DNA of 38,095 nucleotides from a virus (Duplodnaviria > Heunggongvirae > Uroviricota > Caudoviricetes). Both the position numbers and the translations under genes were made by a program. The notes under the pieces were generated by a model. That model saw only the letters and a program-made list of their open reading frames with translations, made no database searches and was not told where the DNA came from. Location of the stretch: the IMG/VR virus record IMGVR_UViG_2526164613_000026, one strand, 5' to 3'. Positions 20,075 to 27,762 of the stretch are shown here, one piece after another. The first letter of the stretch is position 1, and the number at the start of each line of letters is the position of its first letter.

Positions 20075-20599
20075 TTACCGGGACTGTTCTATTTGTCGGA
20101 CACCAGCCAACTGGTTATTCGCCTTCTCGATGGCTGCCAACAGTGGGTTAATCCACAGAACAGCCTGGCAATATGTCAACGTTCTGGTGGTAGTGGCACG
20201 ATCACCGGCTGAGTCAATGTCCCCGGAATCGGCGTGCAATGCGCTGGCGCGTAAACGGTTCGCGTAGTTGAGCAACCCGACAGCAATATCAACAGGAACA
20301 GGGAAATCACAGTTCTTTTCACGGAGCAGAACCTCACGGTATTTGATGACTGTCTTCTCGTGACCGATGTCGACCAGAGAATTTAATCGGCTTGCGTTTT
20401 CTGCTATCTGGTTAAAACGATTGAAGTTTAATGCCTGATTAGCTATCACTTTCCCTTGATATTCAGCTTCACCTTCCGCTTTATCAGCCCGCAACTTTTC
20501 TGCCTGATACTTGCTGTGGTAATGGTTTGCAGACCAGACGAGCGCCCCAAAGGCAGAGAAGAAAAATGCCGCGATGACAATCTTATAAGTCAGCTTCAT
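20075..20599 (-). CDS. Rz: Rz-like i-spanin
   Basis: 174 aa, ATG at 20599. N-terminal signal-anchor (IVIAAFFFSAFGALVWSANHYH), coiled-coil-like periplasmic part, directly after endolysin. Confidence 0.8.
   Translation of the reverse strand: MKLTYKIVIAAFFFSAFGALVWSANHYHSKYQAEKLRADKAEGEAEYQGKVIANQALNFNRFNQIAENASRLNSLVDIGHEKTVIKYREVLLREKNCDFPVPVDIAVGLLNYANRLRASALHADSGDIDSAGDRATTTRTLTYCQAVLWINPLLAAIEKANNQLAGVRQIEQSR
20176..20322 (-). CDS. Rz1: Rz1-like o-spanin lipoprotein embedded in Rz (+1 frame)
   Basis: Hand-translated 48 aa: MKRTVISLFLLILLSGC-STTRTVYAPAHCTPIPGTLTQPVIVPLPPER. GTG start at 20322 with GAGG upstream, lipobox LLSGC, proline-rich C-terminus. Absent from ORF track (GTG start, under 60 aa). 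Confidence 0.6.
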   Translation of the reverse strand: MKRTVISLFLLILLSGCSTTRTVYAPAHCTPIPGTLTQPVIVPLPPER

Positions 20600-21059
20600 T
20601 TACCATCCCACCAGCATCTTTAAACCTGGAAATCAGGTCACCGATTTTATGTTCATACTGACCGTAACCTGCACCAGGTAACGACGCCCAGATATTGCTG
20701 CAACGGTCGATTGCCTGACGAATATCGCCACGGTCAATCATCGGTAAAGCGCCACGCTCTTTAATCTGCTGCAGCGCCACAGCGTCCTGACTTTCTGGCG
20801 AAAAATCTTTCAGGCCAAGCTGCTTGCGGTAGGCATCCCACCAGCGTGAAAGAAGCTGATACCGGCCTGCGGCTGTTGATTTAAGCTTCGGGTTTAGCGT
20901 GACAAGTTTGCGAGGGTGATCGGAGTAATCAGTGAACAACTCACCTCCGACGATAACGTCATAACCGTGATTACGTGTCGGTTGTCGCCCGTTATCCGTT
21001 CCTTCTGACCATGCCACCATATCCAGGAAAGCTTTGCGTTGGGAATTTAGTGTCTGCAT
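20583..21059 (-). CDS. R: Endolysin, lambda R-type lytic transglycosylase
   Basis: 158 aa, near-identical over most of its length to lambda R as recalled (NSQRKAFLDMVAWSEGTDNGRQ...DRGDIRQAIDRCSNIWASLPGAGYGQ). Confidence 0.9.
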   Translation of the reverse strand: MQTLNSQRKAFLDMVAWSEGTDNGRQPTRNHGYDVIVGGELFTDYSDHPRKLVTLNPKLKSTAAGRYQLLSRWWDAYRKQLGLKDFSPESQDAVALQQIKERGALPMIDRGDIRQAIDRCSNIWASLPGAGYGQYEHKIGDLISRFKDAGGMVNEADL

Positions 21060-21062
21060 GAA

Positions 21063-21404
21063 TTACTCCTTAGAGCCACCAAACTTGTTACCGATTACTC
21101 GCATTGCAGCCCCACGAATAGCATCGACACCGATCAGCCCAACACCACCACCAATGGCAACAGAAAGAGATTTAGGCCATCCAACATACTCAAGAGCGGA
21201 TGCAAAGGTCAGCGTCAGAGCACCACAGAGCAAAATCTCAAGCGTTTTTCGTTTCCAGCCGCCGCCACCGCCAAAATAGGCAATGCGCAAGCCAGCCATA
21301 ACAATTGACATAACCACTGCGCCCAACGGCGTATCTCCACGCCACCAACTTTGTAAGAGTTCCAGTAAGTCAGGCCAGGAATGAGGAGCATTGTGCATTT
21401 TCAT
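21063..21404 (-). CDS. Holin, class I-like with dual-start motif
   Basis: ORF track starts at ATG 21422 (119 aa). GGAGGTG sits before the ATG at 21404 (MKMHNAPHSW, 113 aa), with a further ATG at 21398. Three hydrophobic segments. Immediately upstream of R. Confidence 0.75.
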   Translation of the reverse strand: MKMHNAPHSWPDLLELLQSWWRGDTPLGAVVMSIVMAGLRIAYFGGGGGWKRKTLEILLCGALTLTFASALEYVGWPKSLSVAIGGGVGLIGVDAIRGAAMRVIGNKFGGSKE

Positions 21405-21503
21405 ACTTCCCACCTCCGCCATTACGGGGTGTTGTTGAAAGGCGGGCCCTGCGTATACGCCCGTAGGATTGGGTTATGAGCCGTCCTTCGGTGGGCCCTG
21501 AAT

Positions 21504-21527
21504 ACAAAAAAGTTCGCCATAGCGAAC
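21504..21527 (-). terminator. Intrinsic terminator about 80 nt upstream of holin (tR'-like position)
   Basis: Minus-strand RNA GUUCGC-UAUG-GCGAAC (6-bp stem) followed by UUUUUUGUAUU. Confidence 0.6.
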
Positions 21528-21753
21528 CTTGTTAAATTTGTTAAAAAGGAAGTTATTTAACATAATGTACGTTATAGGAACCACACGATCCCCGCTCGCA
21601 ATAGATTTGCGATGAAAGGCCTATTTAATCAACTTAAGTGGTCCAGAATGACGAAATTCGAGTGAATAAAAGGTGCATAAAAAAGGGCAAAAACTGCATA
21701 GCGTTTTTTCGCAGCGAAAGCCCTGTTTTATTAACTTTTCCCCAGAATGGGGC

Positions 21754-21780
21754 AATAAAAAAGGCCCCCTTGCGGAAGCC
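21754..21780 (-). terminator. Intrinsic terminator downstream of Q and the 113-aa gene, strand-specific
   Basis: Minus-strand RNA GGCUUCC-GCAA-GGGGGCC (7 pairs including two G-U) followed by UUUUUUAUU. The same helix on the plus-strand transcript would need C-A mispairs. Confidence 0.6.
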
Positions 21781-21847
21781 TCTTCGTGATGAACTGTTTT
21801 CAACAGATATCAGGCTAATCGGCTTTTTGGAATTCCACAACTATTTT

Positions 21848-22189
21848 TTATCTTACCTTGATGCCTGATGCCGTCAGATGTTTACGACAGTCCTGAATAC
21901 CTTCGTTATAACCCGCATCGTAGAAGCTATCCGGCTTTGCCTTCAGCGCAGGAAGCGTAACGCTGGTAGCTCTTCGTTCGGCCAGAACACCTGCCTGAAA
22001 GAGTGTCCACATCAACTGAACTGCTGAATCACAGTAAGTAACATCTTCACTGTACAATTCTCGTTCAATCCTGATGCCAAGTTGAGCCTTCATTGATGCG
22101 CCAATATTACCTTTGACCTGCAACGACAGGTCTGGGTACCTCTGTTCCATGAAGCTTTCAAATCTGTTGCGAACGCTGATCAGAGCCAT
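21848..22189 (-). CDS. Hypothetical protein, 113 aa, between Q and the late/lysis region
   Basis: ATG at 22189 with AAGGGAA 6 nt upstream. Only 31 nt after Q stop. No family recognised. Confidence 0.5.
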   Translation of the reverse strand: MALISVRNRFESFMEQRYPDLSLQVKGNIGASMKAQLGIRIERELYSEDVTYCDSAVQLMWTLFQAGVLAERRATSVTLPALKAKPDSFYDAGYNEGIQDCRKHLTASGIKVR

Positions 22190-22220
22190 CTGGTTCCCTT
22201 ACGTGATTGATTGCTGGATA

Positions 22221-22643
22221 TTATGCCGCCGAGCAGCTCCTACGCAAAGTCCTGATAGCCTGAGGCTTTGACTGAACCGACTGATCCATTTCGAGCACCA
22301 CATCCAGCATGGCTAAGCAACCGTCAATAAATCCCTCTGCCGCCTGAAGCCTCTTCAGAACGTGGGTGTGAGATACGCCGAGCTTCTCACCCATCGCCCG
22401 CACGGGCATGGCCTGGACGTAATGCCACTCAAGGAGCGTGCACAGATACGGATCTTTTTTCTTCAGGCAGCTCATAGCGGAGTTGATGATAAGACCGTCA
22501 TTGTCACTGCATTTCAGCCTTCCAGACTGCGTCGCGGGTAGCAGATTCTTAAACCCGGCTGCAACAGGAGGAAAGTAGACGCTACCACCTTCACTCGCTG
22601 CCCAGCCACCCCAGCGCTCTAAAACCTGTTGAATATTACGCAT
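22221..22643 (-). CDS. Late-gene antiterminator Q (QuuD-like family)
   Basis: 140 aa, ATG at 22643. N-terminus MRNIQQVLERWGGWAA and overall pattern resemble DLP12 QuuD as recalled. Sits immediately upstream of the late region. Confidence 0.75.
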   Translation of the reverse strand: MRNIQQVLERWGGWAASEGGSVYFPPVAAGFKNLLPATQSGRLKCSDNDGLIINSAMSCLKKKDPYLCTLLEWHYVQAMPVRAMGEKLGVSHTHVLKRLQAAEGFIDGCLAMLDVVLEMDQSVQSKPQAIRTLRRSCSAA

Positions 22644-22774
22644 GGCTCTGACCTCTACGTTTTGCTACGAAAAAATTTTCTGAGAACTACGTCTGTTTAT
22701 CCGTGGGTGTGGATAACGCAGTTCCGATTCGCATATTGCATGTATCAACATGCAAAAAGTTGCTAATGCGGAGT

Positions 22775-22962
22775 GGAACCACCTGCCCCCACCTGGAACC
22801 ACCTTTTCCTAACCTTTCCCTCAATCGACTTATATATATATATGGGGTTTCTAGTAGAAAGGCGGTTCCAGTGGTTCCAGTGGTTCCGCCCCGCTTGCCA
22901 CAAGGTCTGCAAGGTGGAACCACCTTCTCTTTTAGGTGGTTCCGCGTGGTTCCAGCGGTTCC
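22775..22962. repeat. Iteron cluster, putative replication origin
   Basis: Nine GGAACC/GGTTCC hexamers counted by hand (consensus about AGGTGGTTCCA): three in one orientation at 22775, 22795, 22916 and six inverted at 22864, 22873, 22882, 22938, 22948, 22957. They flank a (TA)n tract TATATATATATAT at 22831..22843 and overlap the primase-helicase 3' end. Confidence 0.65.
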
Positions 22963-25118
22963 CAAACCTTGCATTTTTTCCCCCCAATTCGCCTTTGGGC
23001 ACGCTTATACCCGCAATTTTGCAAAACATTACTAATTCGCATTTCTTCGCGTTTTCCGATGCGGTCAGGATTTAGCCCAATCGCATCACGCAAAACATCA
23101 CTTGCGCGTAAAAATTCGCAATTTCGCGGAAGTTCATTAGTCATCAGGTCTGGCGTGTCGAGCCATTTCTCTACCGTTTCAAGCCAAGCATCCTTGATGG
23201 TGTACTGTTCATGGACACTCGCTGCCAGTTGTTCAGCCTCACGGAACTGGATACCCCCCAGACGCTGAAACACCTCACGAGCCTCAGCCCAAAGTAAAAG
23301 GAGATCTCTTTTTATCACTTTCACGTCGACTTTCGACACTTCCACGGGGAGCCAGCGACGGTTACCAGTCTTGTCCGCAAGGAATTCGTCCTCATTGGTG
23401 GTACCAACGAACACCAAGCGACGAGGAAACTGGGTGGCGAACTCCCGGTATTTCGGGATCCAGTTTTCGTGAGTACGCGTCACAAACGCTTTGATTGACT
23501 CCAGCTCTTTGGTATTAAGTCCGCGCAGTTCACCAATCTCTGCCACCAGCCGACCACGCATTTTTCGAGCGAGATCATCGTCTTTTTCGGCAAAAGAGAT
23601 TTCAGTAAAAAACGCAGGATCAGGGCTCAGTGCCTCCACTCCGGAAGACTTACCGCAGCCCTGCGGACCAACGAGGATCGGCACCATATCCGCTTTGATG
23701 CCTGGCTCCAGTACTCGCCCCGCCAACGCGGTCCACATGTACATAGACACCGCACGGGTATAAGGCGTGTCGGCTGTACCGAAGTGCGTATGGTAGAAAC
23801 ATTCGATGCGCGGCACGCCATCCCACTCCAGCCCGTTCAGCCAGGTGATCGCTGAATCGAATGGTTGTTCATCGGCTGCAAGTAACACCACATCGCGAAT
23901 AAGTTCACGACCAACAGGTTTAAATCCCCGCTTTTCCATCGTGATGCGCAGGCGCGCATAATCCGCATCGGTGAATGCCCGCCATTGTCCGGATCCTGCA
24001 GGGGCAAACATGATTTCGTCGCGGAACTGGTCAAAGCGAATATCGATGTCCACAAAATCAGGGCGTACTACTGCTTTGGCTGCGTTGCTGATGGTTGCCT
24101 CGATACGCCCCCATTTATCACGCTCGAAAGCAGGCAGCGGTAAAGGTTCCGCCACTTCGGTGCTGGTCAGATCTTCGAAATCGTCGTTGCGGATCCCGAT
24201 GGCATTAAGGAAATCTCCGTCATCACGATGCGCACAACTGGCATGCAGGCATTTAAAATGCCCCTGCTCAAAGCCCGCGGTTCCCGCAGGAAAATAAGCT
24301 GTGCTTGTTGGATCGCCCCCGCTACTGTGGCCGTCTTCAAACGGACAGCGGATATATCGTTCACCATTTGCGCCATCCAGCAGCGTCCAGCCATTGGCAT
24401 CAAGATATTCAGCTGTATCATCCGTCGCGCCGGGCGTGAATGCTGATCGGTCGCGCATCTTCGTGTTGCCCGCTTCGGTGGTTACCGACACAGGGAGTTG
24501 TTCAGCCAGGCGCTGCCACAGCGTTTCAAGCTGCTCACCAGTAATAGCCGGAGGTTCATCCGGCAAACCACCGTCCCATTCAATACGCGCGCCGCTGCTG
24601 TGCGTACCACAGGCAACGAACTGCTGCCCGTTCGCCAGCAACTCGATAATGCCCATATCCCCCGCCAGGCGATGGATACGCTTACGGAAATCACCATCAA
24701 CGGCCAGCAGATACAGACACTTATTACTGTTTGCTCGCCAGCGTCGCGGCGGCAACTCCCCCAGAAGTTGCACAAGCGTTTTGCGAATATCTGCCTGAAT
24801 GTCTTCATCTTCGCTATCGCAGTCCAGCGCCAGCCAGCCATGGCCTGTACGCACGCAGATGCCATAATCCGGTTCATTCGACCAGCGGGCAAAATCATGC
24901 TCAGTAGCAACATACCCGGTCCATTGAGCAATACCGGTGACCTGGCGGTCCCGGTTATAGCGACTTGGCGTCTTACCCAGCGCTTTCAGTTTACTATCAG
25001 GGGATATAGTCGCACCGGGGTTACATACAACTGGGAGAAGATGATCAGTTCTCCCCAATACCAGGTCGAAATGAAACCACTCATCAGGCGTAGCTCCCCA
25101 TGGTTTGCTATCGGACAT
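22932..25118 (-). CDS. Replicative primase-helicase (PrimPol-like N-terminus plus VirE-type P-loop C-terminus, P4 alpha-like architecture)
   Basis: 728 aa, ATG at 25118, 3 nt after Cro-like stop. Walker A ILVGPQGCGKSS and Walker B-like RLVFVGTTNE in the C-terminal half. Last codons are encoded by the iteron repeats. Confidence 0.8.
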   Translation of the reverse strand: MSDSKPWGATPDEWFHFDLVLGRTDHLLPVVCNPGATISPDSKLKALGKTPSRYNRDRQVTGIAQWTGYVATEHDFARWSNEPDYGICVRTGHGWLALDCDSEDEDIQADIRKTLVQLLGELPPRRWRANSNKCLYLLAVDGDFRKRIHRLAGDMGIIELLANGQQFVACGTHSSGARIEWDGGLPDEPPAITGEQLETLWQRLAEQLPVSVTTEAGNTKMRDRSAFTPGATDDTAEYLDANGWTLLDGANGERYIRCPFEDGHSSGGDPTSTAYFPAGTAGFEQGHFKCLHASCAHRDDGDFLNAIGIRNDDFEDLTSTEVAEPLPLPAFERDKWGRIEATISNAAKAVVRPDFVDIDIRFDQFRDEIMFAPAGSGQWRAFTDADYARLRITMEKRGFKPVGRELIRDVVLLAADEQPFDSAITWLNGLEWDGVPRIECFYHTHFGTADTPYTRAVSMYMWTALAGRVLEPGIKADMVPILVGPQGCGKSSGVEALSPDPAFFTEISFAEKDDDLARKMRGRLVAEIGELRGLNTKELESIKAFVTRTHENWIPKYREFATQFPRRLVFVGTTNEDEFLADKTGNRRWLPVEVSKVDVKVIKRDLLLLWAEAREVFQRLGGIQFREAEQLAASVHEQYTIKDAWLETVEKWLDTPDLMTNELPRNCEFLRASDVLRDAIGLNPDRIGKREEMRISNVLQNCGYKRAQRRIGGKKCKVWEPLEPRGTT

Positions 25119-25121
25119 GGG

Positions 25122-25334
25122 TTAAGCCTTTTTATCGTTTTGTGAGCCATACAACAGCCAATTAGGGTCGCAATCCAATGCTATAGACATTTCAAGAAGA
25201 TAACGTGGCCGAGCAATAACACCACTTTCAATTCTGTTTATTGCCTGCTGGCTCACTCCTGTGAGCTCAGCCAACGTAACTTGCGTCATTTTGAGTTCTT
25301 TACGTCGTTCTTTTACTCGGGTCGCTAAGGTCAT
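25122..25334 (-). CDS. Cro-like XRE-family HTH regulator
   Basis: ORF track starts at TTG 25352. ATG at 25334 has GAGGTG 6 nt upstream (70 aa). HTH pattern QVTLAELTGVSQQAINRIESG. Divergent from repressor gene. Confidence 0.7.
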   Translation of the reverse strand: MTLATRVKERRKELKMTQVTLAELTGVSQQAINRIESGVIARPRYLLEMSIALDCDPNWLLYGSQNDKKA

Positions 25335-25454
25335 TGCTTTCACCTCATACAATTTTAGTGGTATTTAGCAACAACAAACGGGGTTTGTCAAATACAACAA
25401 AAATTGTTTTTAATGTGGGTATACACATTAATACAACCCAGAAGGACTAATCCC
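25335..25454. promoter_or_regulatory. Divergent immunity-region promoter/operator interval
   Basis: Perfect -35 TTGACA on the minus strand (plus 25386..25391) directed toward cro. Overlapping inverted repeat ACAAAC-GGGG-TTTGT (about 25371..25386) plus further ACAA/TTGT half-sites. Confidence 0.5.
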
Positions 25455-26078
25455 ATGTCTCTCGCAGCCCGTTTTAAAGCACGTCGTTTGGAATTAGGAA
25501 TGACTCAAGTGGAAGTAGCGAATTCTGCAGGGGTTAGCCAACAATCCATAGAATCCATCGAAAGTGGACGAACCAAAAAGCCACGCAATCTTCTGGATCT
25601 GGCTAAGGCCTTGAAATGTAGCCCAGACTGGCTACTGAACGGTAAAAATATTATGCCTCTCGCGGAGATAAGTACCAGACGCATACCTATATTAAGTTAC
25701 ATTCAGGCAGGAGAGCTTACAGAAGCAAGAGACATAACAGATCTGACAGGGGAATTTGAATATATTTTGGCAGACTCTGACATTCCAGAAACATGCTTCG
25801 CATTACGTATTGATGGCGACAGCATGCAACCAGAGTTTAAAGAAGGAGACATTGTTATCATCGATCCTGATCTATGTCCTGCACCAGGGGAGTTTGTTGT
25901 CGCCAAAAACGACGGTCACGAAGCTACATTTAAAAAATACCGTCCATTAGGAATCGGCATCGACGACTTTGAATTAATCCCCCTAAATCCTGATTACCCT
26001 ATTTTTCGTAGTGCAGATATGAACTTACAGATCATAGGTGTAATGATCGAACACCGTATTTACCGCCGTAAACGTTAG
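25455..26078 (+). CDS. CI-like repressor (N-terminal HTH, C-terminal S24 LexA-like peptidase)
   Basis: ORF track starts at TTG 25404. ATG at 25455 has AAGGA upstream (207 aa). HTH QVEVANSAGVSQQSIESIESG. C-terminal catalytic-type pattern (DGDSM...K) as in lambda CI/LexA. Confidence 0.85.
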   Translation: MSLAARFKARRLELGMTQVEVANSAGVSQQSIESIESGRTKKPRNLLDLAKALKCSPDWLLNGKNIMPLAEISTRRIPILSYIQAGELTEARDITDLTGEFEYILADSDIPETCFALRIDGDSMQPEFKEGDIVIIDPDLCPAPGEFVVAKNDGHEATFKKYRPLGIGIDDFELIPLNPDYPIFRSADMNLQIIGVMIEHRIYRRKR

Positions 26079-26097
26079 TATTCCCACCGTAAATATC

Positions 26098-26117
26098 GGG
26101 AGGCGTAACAGCCTCCC
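26098..26117 (+). terminator. Hairpin after repressor gene (weak terminator)
   Basis: GGGAGGC-GTAACA-GCCTCCC, perfect 7-bp stem 20 nt after cI stop. Trailing U-tract is poor. Confidence 0.4.
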
Positions 26118-26191
26118 TTACCCCATTTGTAAAGTCTTACAAATTAAATTCACTTAAATATCAATAAAGTAGTATTCACATCCCACAAAAT

Positions 26192-26213
26192 ACCACGTTT
26201 GTGGTTTACACAA
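26192..26213. promoter_or_regulatory. Operator-like inverted repeat upstream of the rightward early operon (OL-like position)
   Basis: CCACAAA-N8-TTTGTGG, sharing the ACAAA/TTTGT half-site with the cI-cro intergenic palindrome. Followed by promoter-like TTTACA-17-TATCTT. Confidence 0.35.
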
Positions 26214-26400
26214 TACAACTCAAATTGTATCTTTAGCCACAAGTCGAACGGCGCGACTCTAAACCATGCGTCGGGACCGTGGCGGGACAGGATGTCGGCA
26301 ATACGGGTCAGTAAGTTCCCTTTGGGGTGCGGCGAAGCACTGTCTACTGATACAAGTCGAAGCCGCCGAACCACCAAAGTGAACTGAATGAGGAAACGGC

Positions 26401-26595
26401 GTGAAAACGTATAAACCGCTCAAAGGTGAATGCCCTGCTTGCCAAACACAGCTTCAGACACCAAAGCCAAAACGATACCAAATCAACGAATGTTATGAGC
26501 ACTGCCCTGGATGTGGTGCTTTCCTGCATACCATTGCAACGCACTGGCGTGTCCGCTTCAACCTTGTGGTACCACGTACGCACAATACCAACTGA
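26401..26595 (+). CDS. Small Zn-ribbon protein, 64 aa
   Basis: GTG start with GAGGAA 6 nt upstream. Two Cys pairs (CPAC ... CPGC). First gene after the OL-like promoter. Confidence 0.45.
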   Translation: MKTYKPLKGECPACQTQLQTPKPKRYQINECYEHCPGCGAFLHTIATHWRVRFNLVVPRTHNTN

Positions 26596-26626
26596 ATCAT
26601 CCATGTAATTGCTGTGTGTAGTCTTT

Positions 26627-26654
26627 GCCCGCCGCAAGTGACGGGCTTTTTTAT
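26627..26654 (+). terminator. Intrinsic terminator after the Zn-ribbon gene
   Basis: GC-rich stem (GCCCGCC ... CGGGC) followed by TTTTTTAT. Confidence 0.55.
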
Positions 26655-26711
26655 GTCTGAAAGCGCACTCGCAACAGCGCGCTCCCCGATATGAAAAAAG
26701 GAATACAACCG

Positions 26712-26861
26712 ATGAAACCTGAACACCTCTATCGACTGACGGGGCGCGATGTTCTCCGTTATCGCCGTAAAAACTTCGATTTGATGACCGGTCTGGCCGT
26801 TGCCACTGCGCTCGGTCTGATCATCACTTTCATTCTCCTTGTAGCGAGGACCATAGTATGA
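26712..26861 (+). CDS. Small membrane protein, 49 aa
   Basis: Hand-translated [55 protein letters not shown] 8 nt upstream. TGA overlaps ATG of next gene. Below ORF-track cutoff. Confidence 0.3.
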   Translation: MKPEHLYRLTGRDVLRYRRKNFDLMTGLAVATALGLIITFILLVARTIV

Positions 26862-27760
26862 GTTTAGAAACCAGTCTCGAACTTAATAATCAACTTCTGG
26901 CACAACATAATGCGCTGCTTGAACGTCTTATCCGCACAATGGCATCAGGTATTGTTATGCATCCTGACACGATTTCACGAGTGCAGGAATGTCGGGATAC
27001 AGCAACTGAAACTGAAAATATGTCAGCGGCAATGACACTGGATGATCTGGAGTTCAGCGACGTTATCGCACTGGCTGGTTTCTACCCGGTAGCCACCCCT
27101 ATCACAGAAGACATGCTGCAACGTGCTGTTGCCTACCGTGATGCTGAAGGCGATAAACGAGTAGTTCAGATTGATGCTCTCGACAGCGCGTTGCAGGGCG
27201 TCAAACGAGCCAGGGCGCTGCTTAAACCTGCTCTCCTGGACCTGTCCCGTAACATTCTTAAGTTCTGGGACGACCTGCCAACCATCGGCGAGCGACGTGC
27301 TTTTGCCGAGCAGCTACTTGATGCACCTGCAGATGGGCGTGATGAAGTTAAGCCGAAAAAGGCCAGTAACAAAGATGGAGAACGCACGGGGCCGTTTTAC
27401 GTCAAAAATGTATCCGGCACAGCAACCAGTGAACTCCACACCTTACGCAAGTTGAACGAGATGCTGAAAAAAGGCCATATCGAGATCAACCGTGTTGAGT
27501 ATCTTCAGCTGCAGGAAGAATTTGCACGCAGAGACGCAGCAAATTCCAGCCAGAATAATGACGCCAAAGATGACCATACAATTGATTTCGCGGCACTACG
27601 CAAACAAGCTGAAGGGTTGATCCTCCAGTTAGCAAAAGGGGGTTACCGGGCAGAAGCTATTGCAATTCTGGAAAAACAGGGAGCCAGGAAACTTGGTGAA
27701 GTAACGGATGAAAATCTCGCTGAAGTAATCACCCTGGCTGAAAAAGCACTGGAGGGTTAA
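26858..27760 (+). CDS. Hypothetical protein, 300 aa, first gene of replication/recombination module
   Basis: ATG at 26858, translationally coupled to the downstream nuclease gene. No family recognised. Confidence 0.55.
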   Translation: MSLETSLELNNQLLAQHNALLERLIRTMASGIVMHPDTISRVQECRDTATETENMSAAMTLDDLEFSDVIALAGFYPVATPITEDMLQRAVAYRDAEGDKRVVQIDALDSALQGVKRARALLKPALLDLSRNILKFWDDLPTIGERRAFAEQLLDAPADGRDEVKPKKASNKDGERTGPFYVKNVSGTATSELHTLRKLNEMLKKGHIEINRVEYLQLQEEFARRDAANSSQNNDAKDDHTIDFAALRKQAEGLILQLAKGGYRAEAIAILEKQGARKLGEVTDENLAEVITLAEKALEG

Positions 27761-27762
27761 TC

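Noticed and set aside
22775-22962. Possible CRISPR array
   Set aside because: Repeat units are only 6-11 bp, occur in both orientations, and have no uniform spacers. Inconsistent with CRISPR, consistent with iterons.
22687-23075. Four overlapping 88-110 aa ORFs across the iteron region
   Set aside because: Generated by the repetitive GGAACC/GGTTCC sequence in both strands. Proline/Val/Trp-rich repeats, no start signals. The region is better explained as an origin.
25404-25454. N-terminal extensions implied by ORF-track TTG/GTG starts (cI 224 aa, integrase 467 aa, V-like 261 aa, cro 76 aa, tape measure 669 aa, membrane protein 241 aa)
   Set aside because: In each case an in-frame ATG with a Shine-Dalgarno lies a few codons downstream, and the extension runs into a terminator, operator or the upstream gene. 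The ATG starts were used.
26150-26726. Small ORFs of 62-97 aa on both strands in the region between cI and the 300-aa gene
   Set aside because: Overlap the terminator, promoter-like and leader elements and each other. Only the GTG-initiated Zn-ribbon ORF and the 49-aa ORF have ribosome-binding sites.
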